Of a stretch of 64,000 nt of DNA, positions 57,411 through 64,000 are shown in pieces. The translations under genes and the position numbers were made by a program. Each line of letters begins with the position of its first letter. The first letter of the stretch is position 1. The stretch is taken from the sequence record DRR723986_6241; one strand, 5' to 3'. Under the pieces are notes generated by a model that was given only the letters and a program-made list of their open reading frames with translations, searched no databases and had not been told where the DNA came from.

Positions 57411-58341
57411 AGCCGGTCCCTCCCTCTGCATGGCCTCGCTCGGCGATATCGCGCAGGGTCGCATCCCAATACGTGTCTCGGTAGTATTTAGCGATCTCGG
57501 CCCCGGTTGTGAACCACACATCATCCGTGTGCGAAGCTATGTGCTTCAGCGCGCGTTCAAACGGGCGTAGCCTGTGTGGCTGGCTAACAAGATAGGCGTG
57601 AAGCGGGATGCACATCACCGTGCCGCTCTCTTCGCCTTCCGCCAGAAGCTGATCAAAATGCTTGATCAGACAATCGGCATATCGCTCAGCGCTCCATCCC
57701 TGAACGCTGTAGGTAATGACGTCATTCACTTCCAGGCTGTAGGGCATGGAGAGAAGCTTGCCGGATTTCGTTTTAAGCGGTTGAGGCTGGTCGTCCTGAA
57801 ACAGATCGCACGTGTACCAAAACTCATACTCAGCAATGAGATCCAGGGTGCGTTCTGTATGCGTCAGTGCGGGGGCGAGGTAGCCACGGATTCGCTGGCC
57901 GGTCGCCTCTTCAACGCTTCGAATACTGTCTTCCAGTACGGCACGCTCCTGCGCCTCGTCCATGCCGTAGCTGTAGCGTGTGTTGTAAATCCCATGAGAG
58001 AAGAACTCCCAGTCGCGGGCCACACACGCCTCGATGATCTCAGGATGATGGTCGATCAGGCCAACCGACAGCGAAATTGACCCCCTCAAATCGTACTTGT
58101 CGAACAGATCCATCATACGCCAGTGGCCGACCGTGTTCCCCCAGCTGCGCTGACTGTAGCCGACAATATCAGGATTGGGCCGTGGCCACGGCTGGCGCTG
58201 CGGATTGCCAGGCGGATCGAACTCGTAATACTCGATGTTCGGCGCGATCCAGAAGGCGAGCTTCTTGCCGCCGGGCCACTCGATCTTCGGGCGCCCCTCA
58301 TATGGCCAATAGTCGTAAAGATTGGGCCGGGCCTGCATCAT
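57397..58341 (-). CDS. Polysaccharide deacetylase family (PuuE-like) protein
   Basis: WPGGKKLA, EFFSHG, DDQP and IPLHAYLVSQPHR motifs. Confidence 0.85.
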   Translation of the reverse strand: MMQARPNLYDYWPYEGRPKIEWPGGKKLAFWIAPNIEYYEFDPPGNPQRQPWPRPNPDIVGYSQRSWGNTVGHWRMMDLFDKYDLRGSISLSVGLIDHHPEIIEACVARDWEFFSHGIYNTRYSYGMDEAQERAVLEDSIRSVEEATGQRIRGYLAPALTHTERTLDLIAEYEFWYTCDLFQDDQPQPLKTKSGKLLSMPYSLEVNDVITYSVQGWSAERYADCLIKHFDQLLAEGEESGTVMCIPLHAYLVSQPHRLRPFERALKHIASHTDDVWFTTGAEIAKYYRDTYWDATLRDIAERGHAEGGTGFAPA

Positions 58342-59036
58342 GCCTGATACCTCTCAATCGCCTCATAGACCTCAGAGACGCCAACCACGTCGGCATATTT
58401 AATCAGAAGGTCCGTCAGATTGGCGAAGTGATAGCTTTCATGCTTGTCGGCAACACATTCGATCGGAACGATCGTTCTGTATCCATGCGACAGCGAGTCC
58501 ACAGCTGTCGCCCGAACGCACCCGGATGTCGATCCGCCTGTCACAACGACTGTATCGACGCGGTGCCATGTCAGAAAGCTTGCGAGCGGCGTTTCGAAAA
58601 AGGCGCTCGGCATGCGCTTGGTGTAAACCGCGTCGACATTGGCGTCGATGTCGAGCCGGTCGTCGAAGTCATGTCTGTCCGATCCGAATTTTATGTTCTG
58701 CAGACTGTCAGGCGTGTTCGTTCGCGTGCCCCAGACGCCCGCATCAGAGGCGTCCTCCATATAAGCAACATGTGTCCAGACGACAGGCAGGCCCTTCTCG
58801 CGCGCTGCAGAGGAGATCCCATTGATGTGCTCCATCTGCATCGGATCTGTAATGTATCCTGTCTTTGGAAACAGATCAGGCCGCGTATAGGCCTTTTGTG
58901 GGTCTACATTGACGATTGCCAGTTTTTCACCGAATCCGAACTTCGCCCGCGTCGGATTGGAACGGATTTCCTCGAATATCTGGCGCGCAGTCTTGTCTGA
59001 CAGGGTCATGGTGGGTTTCGACAGGTCTTGCGTCAT
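58338..59036 (-). CDS. Isochorismatase-family cysteine amidohydrolase
   Basis: Asp-Lys-Cys triad: VNVD, KRMPSAF, STSGCVRATAVD. Confidence 0.9.
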   Translation of the reverse strand: MTQDLSKPTMTLSDKTARQIFEEIRSNPTRAKFGFGEKLAIVNVDPQKAYTRPDLFPKTGYITDPMQMEHINGISSAAREKGLPVVWTHVAYMEDASDAGVWGTRTNTPDSLQNIKFGSDRHDFDDRLDIDANVDAVYTKRMPSAFFETPLASFLTWHRVDTVVVTGGSTSGCVRATAVDSLSHGYRTIVPIECVADKHESYHFANLTDLLIKYADVVGVSEVYEAIERYQA

Positions 59037-59047
59037 TTTTGCCCTCG

Positions 59048-59929
59048 CTAGAGTTCTACGACTTCAACCAAAGCCCCGTCGGGGCCTTTCATTGTTGCGG
59101 CGCGCTTGCCGCGATAGATTTTTCCCTGCTGCAGTTGCGGAGCAGATATCCAGGGTCCGGGCAGACTGCTCCAATCAGGCGTGAAGAAGGTCGTCATCGC
59201 GACGCCTGGTGCAAGCTCTCCGGCTCGTCCGGGGCGCGGCACAGCTTCCTCCGGATACTGATCAATCTCCAGGAACACATCCTGCTCATGCGTCATCGTC
59301 GTCAGTTCATACTGGGTAGATATGTCCTCGCCATACGCCTTCGAAAGCATGGTGTAGGCAATTCTCATTGTCTCGCCGAATGACAGCCCAAGATGGTCGG
59401 TGAACCACTCCGTTGCGGCTTTCATGTCTGAGCATCCGATCACCATGATAAAGACCTGATCGATCAGGCTCTCTGCTCTAGGCAGCCTGAAGGGCGCGAC
59501 ATCGGAATTGATCTGCGTAAGGAAGATAACCTCTTCGTCGGGCCCCTTGATCTGCATCGGATGGATATTTGCAAGCCCGGCATTGGCGCGCGGCGGACCT
59601 ATTATCTCGAATGAGCTATTCTTGATTTGCTCATGAACGGCCAGAACGTCGGACACGCAGATCTCTATCGCATTCCACCCAAATGTCCGTAGCGCCTTGA
59701 AACCGGGGACACTCTTCTGCTGCACCAGTCGGAGATAAATTTCCTTGCCGGACGACGGCTGGAGCACAGCATAGGGATGACCCGCGCATTGTTCCGCACC
59801 CCAGCTACTGGCAAGTGTATCGGGAATCTCTCCTCGTTCCACGAGACGGTAGTCGAGCCACGTCTCATAGAGGTCAATTGACCGGTCGAGATCCGCTACT
59901 GATATCGTTGCTGCACGAAGGAGTATCAT
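59048..59929 (-). CDS. VOC-family protein
   Basis: ATISVADLDRSI..Y and terminal GPDGALVEV. Paired VOC modules. Confidence 0.7.
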   Translation of the reverse strand: MILLRAATISVADLDRSIDLYETWLDYRLVERGEIPDTLASSWGAEQCAGHPYAVLQPSSGKEIYLRLVQQKSVPGFKALRTFGWNAIEICVSDVLAVHEQIKNSSFEIIGPPRANAGLANIHPMQIKGPDEEVIFLTQINSDVAPFRLPRAESLIDQVFIMVIGCSDMKAATEWFTDHLGLSFGETMRIAYTMLSKAYGEDISTQYELTTMTHEQDVFLEIDQYPEEAVPRPGRAGELAPGVAMTTFFTPDWSSLPGPWISAPQLQQGKIYRGKRAATMKGPDGALVEVVEL

Positions 59930-59963
59930 TCCGGCCTTTCCGACAGGTCTCGCATGAAAAGGA

Positions 59964-61169
59964 TCAAACGATGCCCGAGGCGCGCAATTTGTTGACCTGC
60001 TCGGGGCTGAGATCAAGAAGCTCCGTCAGAACTTCCTCCGTGTGTGCGCCCAGCTCTTCCGGACCAGCCCAACGCACCTCCCCCTGGGTTTCCGACATTT
60101 TCGGAAAAACGCCCTGCATCTTCAGCTTGCCAAAGCGCTCCGAAGGCATCTCGATGATAGCGTCGCGCGCCTTGTAGTGCGGGTCGTCGAGCATGTCCTT
60201 CGCGCGGTAGATCTTTCCGACAGGCACAGCGTGTTCAATCATCAGTGCTTCTAGCTCGGCAGATGTTTTCGTCTGGCTCCAGGTGTTGATGATCTCATCA
60301 AGCTCGACCTGGTTCTCGCCCCTGGCAACATGTGTGGCATAGCGCGGGTCCTCCGCCATGTCCGGCCGCTCCATCGCCTCGCAAAGGCGCTTGAAAATCG
60401 TATCCTGATTAGCCGCGACAATGACCATGCCGTCGCTTGTGTCGTAGATATTCGAGGGGGCGATCCCCGGCAGGTAGGAGCCTGTCCGCTCGCGCGTAAC
60501 CCCTTCGGTAAAGTACTCCCCGATCAGGCCCTCTGTAATCTGGAGACAGGACTCGTAGATGGTTGCATCAACGACCTGCCCTTTTCCCGTCTTCTCCCGG
60601 TGATGAAGCGCCGCGAGCGCGCCAACCGTCGCATAAGTGGCCGCCAGCGAGTCGCCAAGCGAGATCCCGGCTCTTGACGGCTTGCGGTCCGGCTCGCCCA
60701 TCAGGTATCTGATACCGCCCATTGCCTCTCCGACAGAGGCGTAGCCGGGGCGTTTGGAATAGGGTCCCGTCTGGCCGTAACCCGAAACGCGGATCATGAT
60801 CAGGCCCGGATTGATCTCGCTCAATTCCTCGTAGCCGAGGCCCCATTTTTCCATCGTACCCGGCCGGAAATTTTCGAGCAGGAAGTCCGCCTCCCTGACC
60901 AGCTGCCGGATGACGTCCTGGCCTTCATCCTTACGAAGATCGAGCGTGATGCACCGCTTGTTCCGAGCACAGACAGACCACCACATGGGGTAGCCATCGC
61001 GTCCCCAAACTCGCATCGGGTCTCCGCGACCGGGCGGCTCAACCTTGATGACGTCGGCCCCCATGTCGGCGAACAATTGTCCGCAGAACGGGCCGGCAAT
61101 CAGCTGCCCCAGCTCGATTACGCGAAGATCGGTCAGCGGTCCTTTTCGCTGATTGACGGGCTGTGTCAT
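59964..61169 (-). CDS. CaiB/BaiF CoA-transferase
   Basis: GQLIAGPF, GADVIKVE and ENFRPG motifs. Confidence 0.92.
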   Translation of the reverse strand: MTQPVNQRKGPLTDLRVIELGQLIAGPFCGQLFADMGADVIKVEPPGRGDPMRVWGRDGYPMWWSVCARNKRCITLDLRKDEGQDVIRQLVREADFLLENFRPGTMEKWGLGYEELSEINPGLIMIRVSGYGQTGPYSKRPGYASVGEAMGGIRYLMGEPDRKPSRAGISLGDSLAATYATVGALAALHHREKTGKGQVVDATIYESCLQITEGLIGEYFTEGVTRERTGSYLPGIAPSNIYDTSDGMVIVAANQDTIFKRLCEAMERPDMAEDPRYATHVARGENQVELDEIINTWSQTKTSAELEALMIEHAVPVGKIYRAKDMLDDPHYKARDAIIEMPSERFGKLKMQGVFPKMSETQGEVRWAGPEELGAHTEEVLTELLDLSPEQVNKLRASGIV

Positions 61170-61180
61170 GGATGGCCTGC

Positions 61181-63061
61181 CTATTCCGCCGCAACGGCTT
61201 CGGGTGTTTTCCACTCAGGCTGCACCGGGGCATCCAGGCCGGTGTCGGTCTTGCAGCTGGCTCGCAGCTCGTCGATGGACGGCCCGAAGTCAAACACTTT
61301 CGTCTCGCCTCTCGTCGCCTTCATTTCCTTGCGGAGCGCGGCCGTCGCCACGTCATCCACACCGCCATCATTGGAAATGACAACGCCATAGGACCGTGCA
61401 CCCTCAACAGTGACGAGCCCTTGGCGCACTTCGAGGGCGACAAGCGCAGTATCCCGGTCGGTCGGGTCACCCCAGCCGCCTCCGCCCCATGTTACGAAGT
61501 GAAGGACGTCGCCGGCATGAACTTCGATATTGTCCCATTTGGCGCCGAGCATTTCGACGTCTCCATTGGCCCTGATCAGCTTTTTCAGGGAGCGCTTGGC
61601 CGGCAGGCCACCATTCACGCCCCATGGAGGAATGAACCAGCGATCATCGTGGATGGAAATCTGGCCGTCCTGGGTAAACCGGTAGACCATGTCAATTCCA
61701 TTGCCCCCGCGATAAAAGCCCGGCCCACCGGAGTCCGGCGCCGAAACATATTTCTCGATGACCATCGGAAAATAGCGTTCAAGGAACTCGTTCGGTACGT
61801 TGGTGAAGTCCGGCCAGAGCGAGTGACCGTCCGGGCCATCGCCAAACGGCTTGCCAGGAATGCCACCAAAGCCGATCTGGAACAGCTGGAACCATTTGTT
61901 CTTTTCGTCAAATCCGGAGAACATGAGGTGAGGGCTGGACGAAAATCCGGCCGCGCACAGAAACTCCGGCGTCTTCTGCCCAAGCAGCGCGCCGAGAATA
62001 TCGAAGATCCGTCCAAGCGCATGGGTTCTGCAGGAAAGCGCAGCCGGATATGTCGGCTTCAGCAGCGAACCTTCGGGTATCTCCACTTCGACAAGATCGT
62101 AAAAGCCGTCATTGAAGAGAATCTGCGGGTCGAACACCATGATCATGTAGATGCCGAAGAACATGCGAAACATGTTTTCATTGAGATAGAAATTGATCGA
62201 ATAGTCCGACTGCGGATCTGTTCCGGCAAAGTCGAGATACACTTTCTCGCCTTCGCGATGCATCGTGCACTTGATCTTGAATGGCCCGTTGCCGTTGCCG
62301 TCATCGCAGATGTAATCCTCAAAGCTGACAGGCTCTTCGCCGATACTATCCATGATCAGCTTGCGCATCGCCCGGCGATTGCGATCAAGCAGTTCATCCA
62401 GCGCGGAGTTGAACACATCCACGCCAAAACGCTCGCAGATTTCAACGACGCGAAGTGATGCAACCCGGCAGGAAGCAACAATCGCGTGCAGGTCTGCCTT
62501 GTACCATTCGGGCATTCGGCTCTGATGGGCCGCAATCTTCAGAATGTCCTCCTGGAACTCGCCCTTGCGGTAAAGTTTGACGGGCGGGACTCGCAACCCC
62601 TCCTCAAAGATTGACCGCGCATTATTCGGCATCGAGCCAGGGACCTTGCCACCGATATCCGTCATGTGACCGAACATCGCCGACCATGCGATCAGCCGAC
62701 CCTCGAAGAAGATCGGCATGATGATCAATTGGTCATTGTTGTGGCTGATCGCGCCCTCGCAGGAATAAGGGTCGTTGAGAAGGATGACATCGCCCTCCTC
62801 TATCTTGCCTTCATAGCCCGCAAGGAAGCCGCCAAGGAAAGAGCCGAACTGACCGACGACCATCTTTCCATCGCGGTTGGCAATCATCGGGAAGGCGTCG
62901 CCCTGTTCCCGAATGCCGGGCGAAAGCGCCGTCCTGAAAAGTGTCGCATCCATTTCCAGCCTGGCATTGCGAAGCGCATTCTCGATCAGATCGAGCGTGA
63001 TTGGATCGACAGAGACGGTCGGGATCGGGGCGGTATTCGTTTCAATGATTTCAGCAGCCAT
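61181..63061 (-). CDS. Hydantoinase B/oxoprolinase subunit
   Basis: SPGIREQGD, NDPY...SHNND, GHMTDIGG and GGGGWGDP motifs. Confidence 0.92.
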   Translation of the reverse strand: MAAEIIETNTAPIPTVSVDPITLDLIENALRNARLEMDATLFRTALSPGIREQGDAFPMIANRDGKMVVGQFGSFLGGFLAGYEGKIEEGDVILLNDPYSCEGAISHNNDQLIIMPIFFEGRLIAWSAMFGHMTDIGGKVPGSMPNNARSIFEEGLRVPPVKLYRKGEFQEDILKIAAHQSRMPEWYKADLHAIVASCRVASLRVVEICERFGVDVFNSALDELLDRNRRAMRKLIMDSIGEEPVSFEDYICDDGNGNGPFKIKCTMHREGEKVYLDFAGTDPQSDYSINFYLNENMFRMFFGIYMIMVFDPQILFNDGFYDLVEVEIPEGSLLKPTYPAALSCRTHALGRIFDILGALLGQKTPEFLCAAGFSSSPHLMFSGFDEKNKWFQLFQIGFGGIPGKPFGDGPDGHSLWPDFTNVPNEFLERYFPMVIEKYVSAPDSGGPGFYRGGNGIDMVYRFTQDGQISIHDDRWFIPPWGVNGGLPAKRSLKKLIRANGDVEMLGAKWDNIEVHAGDVLHFVTWGGGGWGDPTDRDTALVALEVRQGLVTVEGARSYGVVISNDGGVDDVATAALRKEMKATRGETKVFDFGPSIDELRASCKTDTGLDAPVQPEWKTPEAVAAE

Positions 63062-63070
63062 GTTTCCCTC

Positions 63071-64000
63071 TCAAGCCTTAACTGGATTGATGATGATGTT
63101 TCCGTGTGGGTCGACCTCTGCGAGGCATCCCGGATGCACGAGTGCAGTAGAGTCCATTTCGATGATGATCGCTGGCCCCGGAATTCTGTCGCCGGCTTTT
63201 AGCTTGTCGCGATTGTAGATACCCGCCGGCTTCATGCCGCCATCGATATAGATCTCCGATTGCCGGATAAGGGCTGCGGCCGGATCGCCGTTTCCGGATT
63301 CGATTTCGATTGCAGGCAGCTCCAGAGTCTTGCCAAGCGCGATGGCTCGCAGATTCACCACCTCATGTTCTGCATCCATATTGAATGTGAACATGCGCTT
63401 GTGCTCGGCATCAAAGGCTTCGCAAAGCCTCTCAAGCCCCCCGTCCGCAAATGTATCGAGGTCAATATCCATCGGAATTTCAAAAGCTTGCCCGTGATAT
63501 CGCAGGTCTGACTGAAACGCGACGGTGATGTCAGCTTCATCGACGCCGTCGCGGCGCAGCTCCTTGCGCACTTGCTCGCCCATTTCCGAAAGCACATCTG
63601 CAATCTCTTTTGAGCTCGTATCCGAACGCTTCTTGGAATGGGACCGCGAAGCTTCGGCGCGGGCCTTGGTCGTCGCATCACCGACCGCACACAGAACGCC
63701 TGGCGATCGCGGCACGATAACCGGCCAGGAGCCCATAAGTTTTGCCACAGCATTTGAATGAAGCGATCCGGCACCGCCAAAGCCCATCAGCGCAAAATCG
63801 CGAGGGTCATAGCCCTGCTGCACTGAGATCATGCGAAGCGCGCCGAACATGTTTTCGTTGACGATATCGATGATACCTGCAGCAGCAGAATAGACATCCA
63901 GACCAAGCGCGTCAGCCACTTTCTGTACGGCCGTCTTGGCAGCTTCCCGGTCGAGGGCGAACGCCCCGCCGAGAAGCTCTTCCGGCAGATAGCCAAGGAC
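63071..64000 (-). CDS. Hydantoinase A/oxoprolinase subunit, C-terminal part (runs off the right edge)
   Basis: GYDPRDFALMGFGGAG, DLRYHGQ and GPAII.EMDST motifs. Confidence 0.9.
   Translation of the reverse strand, partial: VLGYLPEELLGGAFALDREAAKTAVQKVADALGLDVYSAAAGIIDIVNENMFGALRMISVQQGYDPRDFALMGFGGAGSLHSNAVAKLMGSWPVIVPRSPGVLCAVGDATTKARAEASRSHSKKRSDTSSKEIADVLSEMGEQVRKELRRDGVDEADITVAFQSDLRYHGQAFEIPMDIDLDTFADGGLERLCEAFDAEHKRMFTFNMDAEHEVVNLRAIALGKTLELPAIEIESGNGDPAAALIRQSEIYIDGGMKPAGIYNRDKLKAGDRIPGPAIIIEMDSTALVHPGCLAEVDPHGNIIINPVKA

Noticed and set aside
58077-62458. Long plus-strand ORFs (307 and 431 aa)
   Set aside because: Shadows of the isochorismatase and hydantoinase B genes.

Overview
GC-rich alphaproteobacterial DNA (Hyphomonadaceae/Caulobacterales-like by inference) in two parts. 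(1) 1 to ~43,800 is the right-hand portion of an integrative conjugative element of the Tn4371/ICEMlSym type. It ends at a stranded 5' fragment of dusA (~43,801-43,859), so it is probably a dusA-integrated island whose integrase lies left of the window. The backbone comprises traG (partial), relaxase, a candidate oriT, traF, an rdfS-like gene, DUF736, parB, ardA, hipBA, an FseA-like activator and trbBCDEJLFGI. Between rlxS and traG sits the most interesting cargo: a three-gene ubiquitin-like operon (triple-Ubl protein ending TDKS rather than Gly, an E2-like/E1(ThiF) fusion whose E1 domain has no cysteine, and a Cys/His-rich DUF6527-like protein). It is divergent from an XRE + ImmA/IrrE (CapH/CapP-like) regulator pair, with three palindromic operators between them. 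Catabolic/transport cargo occupies 24-43 kb. (2) 43,900-64,000 is host chromosome: an acyl-CoA synthetase and a large uncharacterised catabolic cluster (hydantoinase/oxoprolinase, CoA-transferases, isochorismatase, two deacetylases, divergent LeuCD, HMG-CoA-lyase-like enzyme, HapK-like protein, SDR, GntR). No rRNA, tRNA or CRISPR array was seen. All family assignments come from motif recognition by eye, not database searches.
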